From the IMG/VR virus record IMGVR_UViG_3300045988_154248: a stretch of 64,000 nt of DNA. One strand, written 5' to 3'. Origin of the DNA: a virus. The notes below the pieces were generated by a model. The model did not search any database. It had not been told where the DNA came from and saw nothing but the letters and a program-made list of their open reading frames with translations. Below, one piece after another: positions 25,211 through 34,580 of this stretch (position 1 is the first letter of the stretch; every line of letters begins with the position of its first letter). The position numbers and the translations under genes are program-made.

Positions 25211-25315
25211 TTATTTTAATGTATCAAGATTTCTCTTATAATTACGTTCTACTCTACCCCATAACTCTTTCAACTCTCTATCTGTTTTATCTTTAAAGAA
25301 ATTTTTCAAAAATAA
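25211..25315 (-). pseudogene. truncated remnant of a 23944-24216 paralogue
   Basis: Frame reads ..KDKTDRELKELWGRVERNYKRNLDTLK-TAA, compared with ..ELWGRVERSYKRNLGALK in the full-length gene. No ATG; bounded upstream by TGA. Confidence 0.5.
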
Positions 25316-25341
25316 TCATCTCCTATCATAAAAATTAAATC

Positions 25342-25562
25342 TTAGATTTGATGTGATTTTACATAATCCCAAGTTACAATTTCTGGTAGTTTATTGTATT
25401 TAAAAATTGTAACATTTTTACACCATTGCCGAATTAACTCATTTGCCTTGATTTTACACTTCTTTAAATCGTTTCCAAAGTCGCTTATAATCCACGGTTC
25501 TATTTTAGAAAATCCATTATTATACTTATCATTATAAGCAACTGAATATATTTCAATTTCAT
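25342..25562 (-). pseudogene. small gene whose ATG is out of frame with its long ORF (1-nt indel or frameshift)
   Basis: GAGGAGGA SD, then ATG 25562 opens a 20-codon junk frame. The adjacent frame encodes 72 codons (EIEIYSVAYNDKYNNGFSKIEPWIISDFGNDLKKCKIKANELIRQWCKN..) with no Met, Val or Leu start. Confidence 0.45.
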
Positions 25563-25602
25563 AAAAGTATCCTCCTCTTCATGAAAACTTGGTTTCATTT
25601 TA

Positions 25603-25824
25603 TTATTCTTCAAATTTTCTGTTATTTATAATGTCATATTTTCCATAATTTTGTTCAATTCCATTCCATAAAAATGTAAGTTTTCCATCTGGATATAGAC
25701 TTATACAAGTATTCGTAACTAGATCTGGATTTTCTTTTGAATAATAATACATTCCACCTTTTTCATGTTCGTACATTTGTACATATGTATAACCGTCCAA
25801 ATATATTTCTTTTGGATATTTCAT
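25603..25824 (-). CDS. hypothetical protein
   Basis: ORF track 73 aa. Confidence 0.5.
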   Translation of the reverse strand: MKYPKEIYLDGYTYVQMYEHEKGGMYYYSKENPDLVTNTCISLYPDGKLTFLWNGIEQNYGKYDIINNRKFEE

Positions 25825-25897
25825 ATAATCACCTCAATATTATATTCTCTATTATACCAGAAAAGGAACTGCCTTACGACAATTCCACTTCAAAAAA

Positions 25898-26140
25898 TTA
25901 TTTTACTTTTACAATTAAAATAGCGGTTCCATTATCTACATCCGGATAAATAGAAATTATTTTCATATTCCAATATTTTTCCGGCACAGAAAATTTTGTG
26001 TCGCCAATTCCTTCAATCAATCCTTGGTATAAAATATTTTCTTTTCTAAGCACATTATCATCAGTTGTAATTACAACGGAGCCTTCCCATATTGCATCAT
26101 CAAATTTCAAATCTGCCAATTCCATATATACCGCCTCCAA
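25898..26140 (-). CDS. hypothetical protein
   Basis: ORF track 80 aa. Confidence 0.5.
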   Translation of the reverse strand: MEAVYMELADLKFDDAIWEGSVVITTDDNVLRKENILYQGLIEGIGDTKFSVPEKYWNMKIISIYPDVDNGTAILIVKVK

Positions 26141-26161
26141 ATAAATTTTATCTTACAAACT

Positions 26162-26371
26162 TCATCGATCTTCGCTAACATTATAATAGGCATTATCGCT
26201 GCCGGATACTTCTTTCATTTTCCTTTCAATCAATTCTTCTCCATATCCGCAATGACATGATAAAAAATTATACATATCGAGATCTGATCCACAATAAGAA
26301 TAAACATCTCTCAGGGATATTTTTCCATCATCGTACAGTTCTTCAATATTGTCGAAATTTAATTCAGGCAT
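26162..26371 (-). CDS. hypothetical protein
   Basis: Track frame; start moved to ATG 26371, an 8-nt overlap with the upstream gene. Confidence 0.5.
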   Translation of the reverse strand: MPELNFDNIEELYDDGKISLRDVYSYCGSDLDMYNFLSCHCGYGEELIERKMKEVSGSDNAYYNVSEDR

Positions 26372-26597
26372 TTTTAATAGCTCCTTTCGCTTGCTTGTAA
26401 TCAGAATAAAACATATCATATTCTTCTTTATTGCAAACAGCTACACCAGCACACTCTTCTTCACACTCTAATTTCCATCCTTTGTCACAAAGAATATCAT
26501 ACATTTTATTAAATTTCTCTTCTTCATTAGAATTATAGGTTATATATGCTTCTCTATAATCGTGTTCTTCGTTTTTTCCTATATATTGACATTTCAT
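26364..26597 (-). CDS. hypothetical protein
   Basis: ORF track 77 aa. Confidence 0.5.
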   Translation of the reverse strand: MKCQYIGKNEEHDYREAYITYNSNEEEKFNKMYDILCDKGWKLECEEECAGVAVCNKEEYDMFYSDYKQAKGAIKNA

Positions 26598-26630
26598 AAT
26601 AGCCTACCTCTCATGAAACAATTCTTTCAG

Positions 26631-26813
26631 CTACCGTTCGCATTCCATGCAAACGTCTTTCCCATTATAGTCATCTGGCTGCTCATAATGTCCAGGAAAA
26701 CAATGCATACAACTATAACATGATTGATCCCATCCCATTGGACATTTCTTTGTCTCTTTTGCTTCATGCGTATAAATATATTTTTCTTCATAATAACTCA
26801 TAGGTTTTGACAT
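26631..26813 (-). CDS. hypothetical Cys-rich protein
   Basis: ORF track 60 aa; CPMGWDQSCYSCMHC..CMEC. Confidence 0.5.
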   Translation of the reverse strand: MSKPMSYYEEKYIYTHEAKETKKCPMGWDQSCYSCMHCFPGHYEQPDDYNGKDVCMECER

Positions 26814-26814
26814 A

Positions 26815-27123
26815 TTATACTTCCTCTTTTTCCGCTAAATCGTAATCTGAACCATTCACAAATTCTCCATCTGTATTTGTGTCACAATATTCAAGTGCAT
26901 ATTCTTCTACATCAACGCAATCAGAATGCTCGTCATATGTACATTTATATTTTGCCAATTCTGCTTTTGCTTCATTGAGCTGATCGTATGTCCATCGTTT
27001 TAATTCTTCTGGATCAGTATTTGGTCCATAAATACAATCTCCTTCAGAGTAATTTTTGAATTGCTTTTTCGTATAAGATCCTTCAGCATGTCGTAAAATA
27101 ATTGTATTATAATATTCTCCCAT
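26815..27123 (-). CDS. hypothetical acidic protein
   Basis: Track frame; start at ATG 27123 behind GGAGGAAAA. Confidence 0.5.
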   Translation of the reverse strand: MGEYYNTIILRHAEGSYTKKQFKNYSEGDCIYGPNTDPEELKRWTYDQLNEAKAELAKYKCTYDEHSDCVDVEEYALEYCDTNTDGEFVNGSDYDLAEKEEV

Positions 27124-27192
27124 TCTATTTTCCTCCAACTTTTATATAATTATTTATATTATATCATATTCCTCAGCAATAACATAGTTTTT

Positions 27193-28158
27193 CTATGCAG
27201 TTTCACCCAACAGAATTTTTCTAAACAGGCTTTCAAAAATTGGAACACAAATACTATTGCCAGCCTGTTTATATAATGCTATTTTATATCTTCCTCGTTT
27301 CTGTTGTACAGATGCAGCTGCTTCATAATCCTGATCCGTATATCCCATAAGTCGCCAGCATTCTCTTTCTGTAAGATATCTATACTTTCCATTATGTAAG
27401 TCAATTACCTGTGCAGGTGTCCGATCCTGGCGAGTCGTGATTGTATAAGCATATTGGTCAATTACAGTTGCTCTTCTAATTCCGGATGCGCCAATACATT
27501 CCAGAATGCTCGGTTGTGTTACCTCATATACTGGATCAACTTTCTGTTCCAAAAACTCGTGAATATCTCTCATTGGCGTTCTAATCAAATCAGAAAAATC
27601 AAATTTCTTTCCTTTTAAACAACTTACAGTGAAATAGCGTTCTCTTGCTTGTGGAATACCAAACTCTCTTGCGTCTAATAGTTCATATGTACTTGTATAT
27701 CCAAGTTTACTTAATTCTTCCATATATCTGTCGTGATTATGCACCATATATTTACTTCTGACATTTTTAACATTTTCCCAAATCACATATTTTGGTTTCC
27801 ATTCTCCCATCTGTTTAATAATATTAATTGTTTCCCACATAAGACTCGATCTTGTCCCAGACCCTTCTTCTGCGCCAGCTCCATGATTTGTTCTTCCATT
27901 TCCAGTAGCTGTGCCTTGATGCCCAGCGACAGACATATCCTGGCAAGGAGAACCATGTATCAGAATATCTGGACGAAGATTGTATCCGACCACTGTTTGC
28001 GTTTTATACGAAAGATCTTTTGCGAACATTGCATTATATGATCTGACTGCTGCTTCGTCAATTTCAACATAATCAATTGATTTAACAGGAATACCGATAT
28101 TCCGTAATGCGCACCGTGGACTTCCAATTCCACCGAATAATTCTAAAATTTGTACCAT
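27193..28158 (-). CDS. DNA (cytosine-5)-methyltransferase
   Basis: Motif I ELFGGIG, motif IV GSPCQDMS, motif VI WENVKNV, motif X QAGNSI; no adjacent restriction endonuclease recognised. Confidence 0.85.
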   Translation of the reverse strand: MVQILELFGGIGSPRCALRNIGIPVKSIDYVEIDEAAVRSYNAMFAKDLSYKTQTVVGYNLRPDILIHGSPCQDMSVAGHQGTATGNGRTNHGAGAEEGSGTRSSLMWETINIIKQMGEWKPKYVIWENVKNVRSKYMVHNHDRYMEELSKLGYTSTYELLDAREFGIPQARERYFTVSCLKGKKFDFSDLIRTPMRDIHEFLEQKVDPVYEVTQPSILECIGASGIRRATVIDQYAYTITTRQDRTPAQVIDLHNGKYRYLTERECWRLMGYTDQDYEAAASVQQKRGRYKIALYKQAGNSICVPIFESLFRKILLGETA

Positions 28159-28215
28159 AATAATTTCCTTTCTTATATAAGGCGGTAAACAGGAAGTCTA
28201 CCGCCTCGTTGATGT

Positions 28216-29220
28216 TTAGATAATATTTTTCATGATTTCTACAGATTCTTTTTGTGCTTTTTCTTCCATTCCTCTTACATATAACAGCGTTGTATTAATT
28301 GATGCATGATGTAAATTTTTCTGTACAAGCACAATATCACCCGTTGCGTTGTACAATGTAGTACCATATGTTGCCCTTAGTTTATGTGGACTAATTGTTT
28401 TTCCTTTTATATTACAAGCATATTTTTTTGTAATATCTGAAATTGCACTTGTTGACAATCTCTTCCCGGTTTTCCCAAGAAATAGAGCCGGTGTATCGCA
28501 TACTGTTACAAGTTGATCTCTGTATGATAACCATTTCTGCAATTCATCCAAAACTTTCGGAATTAAAATGAATGTATGAACTTTTTTCCCCTTGTCTGTT
28601 ACAATCAAAGTTCCTTTATCCATATTTAAGTTTTCTATATCCATATTAGATAACGCTGCACAACGCACACCTGTAGAAAGGAAAAGTTTTATGACTGCAA
28701 TATCCCTTTGTGACCAAATAGCTGATGGTTTTCTTGTTTTTCCTGTTAGCTTATGATCAACATTATAAAGATACGTTTGTGTTTCTTCTAGTGTCAAATA
28801 GCTCTTTTCTCTTCTTTCTATTGTTCTCTGTTGCTCTCTCTTTTTTGGCTTCGCAATTTCTTCCATATAATTTTTCGAAAAAATTTTATATGCAAACATA
28901 CATTTTGAAAAAAGTTTTAGTGCAGAATAAACTGCAATTTGATAAGAAGAAACTGTTTCTAATCCATTGTCTTTATCTTGTATTTTTGCCATATAGGATA
29001 CAAAATCTCTCAGTTCAAGATCTTCTTCTTTTTCTTTTTCTGTGAACTTTAGAAATTTTAATACATCACACATGTAAACATATTTTGTCTTTTCTGATAA
29101 ATCATGCATATATAAAAGGAAGTCTTGTAGATTCTTAGACTTCCCTTTCATAATATTTTCGATTTTTCGTTTATATTTAAGTTTTTCTTCCTCTAAGCCT
29201 GTCTGGACTCTTTCATTCAT
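28216..29220 (-). CDS. tyrosine recombinase / phage integrase family
   Basis: TGVRCAAL (Arg I region), HKLRATYGT, LHHASINTTLLYV (His..Tyr). Start at ATG 29220 behind GGAGGAATAAA. Confidence 0.8.
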   Translation of the reverse strand: MNERVQTGLEEEKLKYKRKIENIMKGKSKNLQDFLLYMHDLSEKTKYVYMCDVLKFLKFTEKEKEEDLELRDFVSYMAKIQDKDNGLETVSSYQIAVYSALKLFSKCMFAYKIFSKNYMEEIAKPKKREQQRTIERREKSYLTLEETQTYLYNVDHKLTGKTRKPSAIWSQRDIAVIKLFLSTGVRCAALSNMDIENLNMDKGTLIVTDKGKKVHTFILIPKVLDELQKWLSYRDQLVTVCDTPALFLGKTGKRLSTSAISDITKKYACNIKGKTISPHKLRATYGTTLYNATGDIVLVQKNLHHASINTTLLYVRGMEEKAQKESVEIMKNII

Positions 29221-29233
29221 TTTATTCCTCCAA

Positions 29234-29326
29234 TCATAAATCGGCAATTGCAGCAATAATTATAATAATAATGACTCCAATTGCGACAAAGGTTCCATAG
29301 TATCCAACGGCATATTCAAGTGACAT
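29234..29326 (-). CDS. small membrane peptide (30 aa)
   Basis: Own call: MSLEYAVGYYGTFVAIGVIIIIIIAAIADL; GGAGGAAG SD. Confidence 0.4.
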   Translation of the reverse strand: MSLEYAVGYYGTFVAIGVIIIIIIAAIADL

Positions 29327-29349
29327 AATATCTTCCTCCTAGAATTCAA

Positions 29350-29652
29350 CTATTCAAAAATGTATGACGGAAATATCAGCTCTAACTCTTCTTTTGAAAT
29401 TTCCATATTTTTGTTTTGGCTTTTAAATTCTTCATCGAACTGATGATTTAATTTCAAAACATTATAAGCACTTTCAATCACCCACTCCCTGATGAACTCC
29501 ATATCTGATTCCGACAAATCATATCCATATAGTTCTACATATCTTATCAACTTCTTTCTTATACTTGTTTGTGTTGGGTGCCATTTCTTTTCTAAATTCT
29601 CGAACTTACGCACATCTGTTTGACAATATTCCTTGAACGTTTTTCTTTTCAT
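29350..29652 (-). CDS. hypothetical protein
   Basis: Track frame; start at ATG 29652 behind AAAGGAGAA. Confidence 0.5.
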   Translation of the reverse strand: MKRKTFKEYCQTDVRKFENLEKKWHPTQTSIRKKLIRYVELYGYDLSESDMEFIREWVIESAYNVLKLNHQFDEEFKSQNKNMEISKEELELIFPSYIFE

Positions 29653-29671
29653 ACATTCTCCTTTCTTTGCA

Positions 29672-29701
29672 ACAAAAAACCGGCACATTTCTGTACCGGT
29701 T
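29672..29701 (-). terminator. intrinsic terminator (minus strand)
   Basis: Stem aaccggcaca / tgtaccggtt (one mismatch), 4-nt loop, followed on the minus strand by TTTTTTG. Confidence 0.55.
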
Positions 29702-29881
29702 AATAACGTTTCTCTTTTCTGATTTTATTCAATTTTTCTTTCTTTTGATTGATGTGTCGTACTTTTGCTCGTGATTTATACTTATCACAATGTTGACAAT
29801 AATGATTGTGATCTGCTTCTCTCCCTTTACTACATTATCCTGCACAAATATAGTATAAGCATGGCGTTTCTCTTGTCTTAC

Positions 29882-30145
29882 TCATCTTTTATCTACACCT
29901 ATCGGCATGATAATATAACCAGAAATACGGAATCCTCTGGACGCAAGTTCTTTTAAATCTGTTGCAATTCTACCTTCTTTCAATAATTTATGCATATTAC
30001 AATGGATAGTGCCTTTGCTTTTAATTCCAACACCTTTTCCAATCTCGTCATAAGACGGAGCATAACCATGCTCAAAAATGTAGTCTTTGCAAAATTCATA
30101 GATTTTATCTGTTGTGTCCTGTATGTTATCATATTTGTTTACCAT
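29882..30145 (-). CDS. LexA-like winged-helix DNA-binding protein (no peptidase domain)
   Basis: IFEHGYAPSYDEIGKGVGIKSKGTIHCNMHKLLKEGRI resembles the LexA N-terminal DNA-binding domain; 87 aa. Confidence 0.45.
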   Translation of the reverse strand: MVNKYDNIQDTTDKIYEFCKDYIFEHGYAPSYDEIGKGVGIKSKGTIHCNMHKLLKEGRIATDLKELASRGFRISGYIIMPIGVDKR

Positions 30146-30147
30146 AA

Positions 30148-30918
30148 TTATTCTCCCTTCTTTTTAAAAACATCACTGACCTGCCACGAAATCATCTCAT
30201 TTCCAAGCTCAATAATTCTATCCTTGAAATTTTGAACAAAATCCGCTGTAATAACTTTTGCAATATTTACATTGGTTGGTTCTATACCATCTTCGACCAA
30301 TGCATTTATAATATCATCTTTTGTCCATGTAGTGTTCATATCTTTACATTTTTCTAGTTCATATCTCAAAATCGTTTCTTCAATAGTGTCAAAATCAACA
30401 CATCCATAACCAATTCTCTCTCCGTTTTCAGCTAAATATAACATATAAAACATTCCTTCATTTTCGCCATTACCCCGCAACTCATCAATGTTATTGCCAT
30501 ACACAATATCAATTAAATTCCCTTCCCATGGATGCTCTGTATAAAAATCACAATCATATCCATCTTCTGTATCGTATCTGTCATCTTCTTCTGTTACAAT
30601 CATCATATACTTTTTATCTGTTTTCATATTCTTTACCTCCGTTTGATGAATATTTTTTATAACACAACGCTGGACAAATCTTTTATACCATCCGCCATTT
30701 ATAATTTGTTCTTGAATCACATAATCGGATTCTGAATTTTCTTGAAATGATTTACTGGCTTCATACCCCATATTATATAAAGTTTCTTCTAAACTATTGG
30801 CTGCAATTTCACTATCTGTGAATGCATATGCTCGTCCATAAGAATCAATACCAGATCCACAGAAGTTATCACCCAAATGTGTTAAAATGTATTTTAGCAT
30901 TCTTTGCTTTTCATTCAT
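30148..30918 (-). CDS. hypothetical protein (256 aa)
   Basis: ORF track; 2-nt gap to the downstream gene (29882-30145). Confidence 0.55.
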   Translation of the reverse strand: MNEKQRMLKYILTHLGDNFCGSGIDSYGRAYAFTDSEIAANSLEETLYNMGYEASKSFQENSESDYVIQEQIINGGWYKRFVQRCVIKNIHQTEVKNMKTDKKYMMIVTEEDDRYDTEDGYDCDFYTEHPWEGNLIDIVYGNNIDELRGNGENEGMFYMLYLAENGERIGYGCVDFDTIEETILRYELEKCKDMNTTWTKDDIINALVEDGIEPTNVNIAKVITADFVQNFKDRIIELGNEMISWQVSDVFKKKGE

Positions 30919-30945
30919 TTATAATCCTCCAATCAAATTCGACTT

Positions 30946-31380
30946 TCATCTCTCTATTATAATTTTGTTTGCATGATCATAACTGTATCCCTTCTTGTTT
31001 ACAAACTTATCGAGCGCTTTGAACATATCCATTTCAAGCTGTTCTACCCAATTATTCGCATTCCAGTCCACACAAACAGTGTAATTAAGATATTCGCCAA
31101 GATCCCAGCTTTCATCGTCTTCTCCTGTTTTAATGCACGTAAAATAATCAATTGCAGGTCTCTTGTCTTCTGGAACTGCTTTCTCACTACACTGACAATA
31201 TGCATAAATATTTACTTCCACATCCATATAACCGATTTCCAAAACAGCTTCACTTAAATATGGCTCGTTTTCTGGATATAAACCTTTCATACAGTTGTTC
31301 CGAATATCATCAATAAGATCTTCAATACCATTCAGCCGGAATCTATAATCATTTCTATGTTTCGCTTCTTCGAATGTCAT
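30946..31380 (-). CDS. hypothetical protein
   Basis: ORF track 144 aa. Confidence 0.55.
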   Translation of the reverse strand: MTFEEAKHRNDYRFRLNGIEDLIDDIRNNCMKGLYPENEPYLSEAVLEIGYMDVEVNIYAYCQCSEKAVPEDKRPAIDYFTCIKTGEDDESWDLGEYLNYTVCVDWNANNWVEQLEMDMFKALDKFVNKKGYSYDHANKIIIER

Positions 31381-31641
31381 TTATTCCTCCACCTTTCTCA
31401 TAGCAATTTCAATCCGTGAACCGTCTGGAAAATTCCATAACTTTTCAAAAATCGAAAAATCGAAATCTGCGAATGTCAGATATTTTGTATTTTTATCTCC
31501 AGCTATCCTTATGTAAATTGTCTTTCTTTTTAAAATTGCTCCTCTTGTACTCTCTTTCATTAGATTAAGTTCTTGATACTGATTTCCGTTATAATTATTG
31601 ATTCCAACAGGTGTTATATACTGATTCCACATTCTTTTCAT
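31381..31641 (-). CDS. hypothetical protein
   Basis: Track frame; start at ATG 31641 behind AGGGGTG. Confidence 0.5.
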   Translation of the reverse strand: MKRMWNQYITPVGINNYNGNQYQELNLMKESTRGAILKRKTIYIRIAGDKNTKYLTFADFDFSIFEKLWNFPDGSRIEIAMRKVEE

Positions 31642-31652
31642 ATTATTCACCC

Positions 31653-31871
31653 CTAACAAATTCCGTTTTCTCTAAATTCTACAAGTAGCCCATACATCCG
31701 TCCTTTCTTTTCAAAGAAATCGTTCCAATTAGATAATTCTTCGATCGAATAATTCTGATTGTACATATCTGCTTGCCATTCAATTGCTTTATCTCTCCAC
31801 TTTACTTTTTGTTTTACATAACTTTCATGTCGTGATAACGCTCTATGTTTTGTATAATCTGACTGTCTCAT
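31653..31871 (-). CDS. hypothetical protein
   Basis: ORF track 72 aa. Confidence 0.5.
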   Translation of the reverse strand: MRQSDYTKHRALSRHESYVKQKVKWRDKAIEWQADMYNQNYSIEELSNWNDFFEKKGRMYGLLVEFRENGIC

Positions 31872-31925
31872 AATCTATTCTCCTTTTCTGCAATTAAAAA
31901 ACAGACAACATATAGTTATCTGTTT

Positions 31926-32129
31926 CTACACATCAAAATTATATTCTGGATAAAGATATTCCAAATTCAAATCTTCCTCGAACCAGCAATGATCTGAAAT
32001 ATCCGGAATATCTACAATTACATGATCTGAGTGTGTTTCTTTTATTTCTCCATTATGCCATTTACCTGTGTCTGGATCATGATACTTAACTTTTTGTTTT
32101 ACCTTGAATAAATGTGTTAAATTTGCCAT
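31926..32129 (-). CDS. hypothetical protein
   Basis: ORF track 67 aa. Confidence 0.5.
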   Translation of the reverse strand: MANLTHLFKVKQKVKYHDPDTGKWHNGEIKETHSDHVIVDIPDISDHCWFEEDLNLEYLYPEYNFDV

Positions 32130-32350
32130 AATTTCTCATCTCCGTTTCTTGGGTCAATATAATCATCGCCATATTCTTCTTGATCTTCTTTATTGTAGAT
32201 AATGCTTACATCACATTTTGGAATGTTATATTTATTATCATGTTTCCATTCTGAGAATAGTTTTCTTGCTTCATTTTCACTTGATGCGCAAAATTGAATC
32301 GACCCATAGCCATCTACATTTTCATCATAACAAAATTGATATGTATACAT
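32117..32350 (-). CDS. hypothetical protein
   Basis: ORF track 77 aa. Confidence 0.5.
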   Translation of the reverse strand: MYTYQFCYDENVDGYGSIQFCASSENEARKLFSEWKHDNKYNIPKCDVSIIYNKEDQEEYGDDYIDPRNGDEKLWQI

Positions 32351-32379
32351 ACATTTAGACCTCCGTTATAAAAATAATT

Positions 32380-32775
32380 CTATAATATAAAGTGCAATTT
32401 TGTTCCAGTAATTTTTCCATTTTTATATGATGAATCAAGTAATCTATATAATCCTGTTTCTTTTTCTTTTCCATTGTAGCTTTCTAGAAAATCTTTATAA
32501 TTACCTTCATACATCTCATTATAAATTTCATCAAAATCACGATTATCCACATCTCCAGTTACCTCAACATAACCGCCTTTCTCTTTGTAAGACACATTAT
32601 GTAACAATACAACTTCATCACTGTTAATTGTATTTTGAATATCGGCATATGCTTTAAGTAACATGCCTTTCTTACCACAAACATCAAAATCAAAATAATA
32701 TGCATCTAGTTCTAATGTTCCTTGTATATAATCCTCGTATACTTGCTCTTTAATTTCGCTTTTTGTATATAGCAT
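32380..32775 (-). CDS. hypothetical protein
   Basis: ORF track 131 aa. Confidence 0.55.
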   Translation of the reverse strand: MLYTKSEIKEQVYEDYIQGTLELDAYYFDFDVCGKKGMLLKAYADIQNTINSDEVVLLHNVSYKEKGGYVEVTGDVDNRDFDEIYNEMYEGNYKDFLESYNGKEKETGLYRLLDSSYKNGKITGTKLHFIL

Positions 32776-32847
32776 ATAATAACCTCCACTTTTTCATATT
32801 TGGTTTTATCTGTGTTATAATACTATTTAAATCTCCGTTTTTATGTA

Positions 32848-33087
32848 TTATCTTTGTTTTATATATACGTTCTCCATATTTTCAATCCGTCCACATAGTA
32901 AGTTCAATACCAATTTCAATTTTTCCATATCATTATATTCGAATGCCAATATAAGACCTTGAAGTGTTTTATTTCTATATTCTTCATCATCATATACATC
33001 TGACAAACATGAGCAAATTCTTTTTGCTAACTTTTTCGTCATTCGCTTCTTTTTCCCAGTCATACACCGGAATGTCATCAATAACAT
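32848..33087 (-). CDS. hypothetical protein (start uncertain; ATG 33042 possible)
   Basis: ORF track 79 aa; overlaps the 3' end of 32990-33325 in another frame. Confidence 0.4.
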   Translation of the reverse strand: MLLMTFRCMTGKKKRMTKKLAKRICSCLSDVYDDEEYRNKTLQGLILAFEYNDMEKLKLVLNLLCGRIENMENVYIKQR

Positions 33088-33325
33088 CTGCGTCTCTATC
33101 CATTCGGATCAAGTCAATTCCATTTATCCATGCATACTGAAGTAAGATCCGTAAATCTTTTGGCATATCACTGATATTGGTTTCGTTTTTATCTGGAACA
33201 CTCATAAAAATACCTTCTTCATATTCATAGGTATATGGTGGTTCCATGGCACTGAGTCCTTCAAGTGTTTTCTGTTTTAAATGTGCTGTACTAATTTCTA
33301 GATATTTTCTTTCATTTGTTTTCAT
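32990..33325 (-). CDS. hypothetical protein
   Basis: ORF track 111 aa; first gene after the terminator at 33376-33412. Confidence 0.55.
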   Translation of the reverse strand: MKTNERKYLEISTAHLKQKTLEGLSAMEPPYTYEYEEGIFMSVPDKNETNISDMPKDLRILLQYAWINGIDLIRMDRDADVIDDIPVYDWEKEANDEKVSKKNLLMFVRCI

Positions 33326-33375
33326 ATTTTGATTCTCCCTTCTGAAATCCTTGTTTCATTTTTCTATTATTCTCC

Positions 33376-33412
33376 AACAAAAAGGAACCATACACTATTT
33401 TGTATGATTCCT
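33376..33412 (-). terminator. intrinsic terminator (minus strand)
   Basis: Stem aggaaccataca / tgtatgattcct (one mismatch), then TTTTTG on the minus strand. Confidence 0.6.
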
Positions 33413-33437
33413 TCGTTAATTTTATTCTGGCAATATT

Positions 33438-33677
33438 TTATAAGTTAATTGGTTCATCATTCTCATCATATTCAATCGGATAAATCTTCGCTGCATAACC
33501 AATATTTTTTAATTTATCATAAATTTCCATTGTAATTGTTTCGCCACCTACTGACCATTCAAGCGAAAATCTACTATCATTGTTTTCAATGATTTCAATC
33601 AAATGATCTAATAATTCTTCTGTATTACTTGCTCTTTCCATCTGTTCTTTAATATTATTCATAATCATAAATAGCAC
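33438..33677 (-). CDS. hypothetical acidic protein
   Basis: ORF track 79 aa. Confidence 0.5.
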   Translation of the reverse strand: MLFMIMNNIKEQMERASNTEELLDHLIEIIENNDSRFSLEWSVGGETITMEIYDKLKNIGYAAKIYPIEYDENDEPINL

Positions 33678-33695
33678 CTCCTTGAAATGCGGTTT

Positions 33696-33989
33696 TCATT
33701 TACTCAATACTTTCCATTTATCAATATTTTCAGTATCAAAAAACGAATGTAATTCCTCTTCTGATAATGGTGTAATTCCATAAACACCATCATATCCAAA
33801 TTTTTTCAAATCATCTTTTATAAACTCTTCTGCTTCTTCAAAAGTTGGATAATGATCTGCTTTGATTGCTATACTATACTCCGTATCAATAAGACCTCTA
33901 TTGATTTCACATCCATTTTCTGCTCCATTTTTAATTTCTTCTTCTGTTGCCTTTACTCCGCAATTTAATTCGTAATATTTAATCTTCAT
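33696..33989 (-). CDS. hypothetical protein
   Basis: Track frame; start at ATG 33989 behind GGGAGGAA. Confidence 0.5.
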   Translation of the reverse strand: MKIKYYELNCGVKATEEEIKNGAENGCEINRGLIDTEYSIAIKADHYPTFEEAEEFIKDDLKKFGYDGVYGITPLSEEELHSFFDTENIDKWKVLSK

Positions 33990-34362
33990 AATATTCCTCC
34001 CAATCTTCTTCACTTAACGATTTCCATAATTCAAGACTCATTTCCTCGCACGCTTCCATATCCTCATAAACATCTTTCATATCATATGGTGCGCCATTTG
34101 TTCCATGCCCTGTATTGTCTAGCCACAAATAAGCCTCATAGCTGCAATCATAATTATCATAATAATCTTTAATGTTATTTAATAGTGCGTATACATTATT
34201 ATCTTCCATCTCTGCCTCAAAATTGAAATCTTGACCTGCCGGACTATATTTAGAAAATTCATAAGAAAAATTATCTCCGTCATTTGATTCAACATCAACT
34301 TCCCATCCGTTTTCTTCTGCAATTTCTACAATTCTATCTCTCATGGCTTGTAATTTATTCAT
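33979..34362 (-). CDS. hypothetical acidic protein
   Basis: ORF track 127 aa. Confidence 0.55.
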   Translation of the reverse strand: MNKLQAMRDRIVEIAEENGWEVDVESNDGDNFSYEFSKYSPAGQDFNFEAEMEDNNVYALLNNIKDYYDNYDCSYEAYLWLDNTGHGTNGAPYDMKDVYEDMEACEEMSLELWKSLSEEDWEEYYED

Positions 34363-34389
34363 ACCATCTACCTCCGATCAAATATATTG

Positions 34390-34551
34390 TTATTCACATT
34401 CTATACAATTATTTTCAATTTCTTCTTCTGTTTTCCATTCTTCAAGTCCAACGCATCTGCATTCACAACTATCTTTTTCATCACAGTAAAAGCAACATTT
34501 AGAGCATTTACTATCTTCTGGAACAGAAACATCAATTAAACATTTCAACAT
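34390..34551 (-). CDS. small Cys-rich protein (53 aa)
   Basis: Own call: MLKCLIDVSVPEDSKCSKCCFYCDEKDSCECRCVGLEEW..NNCIECE; GAGGTG SD. Confidence 0.45.
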   Translation of the reverse strand: MLKCLIDVSVPEDSKCSKCCFYCDEKDSCECRCVGLEEWKTEEEIENNCIECE

Positions 34552-34580
34552 ATTATCACCTCACCAAAATAATTAATCTT

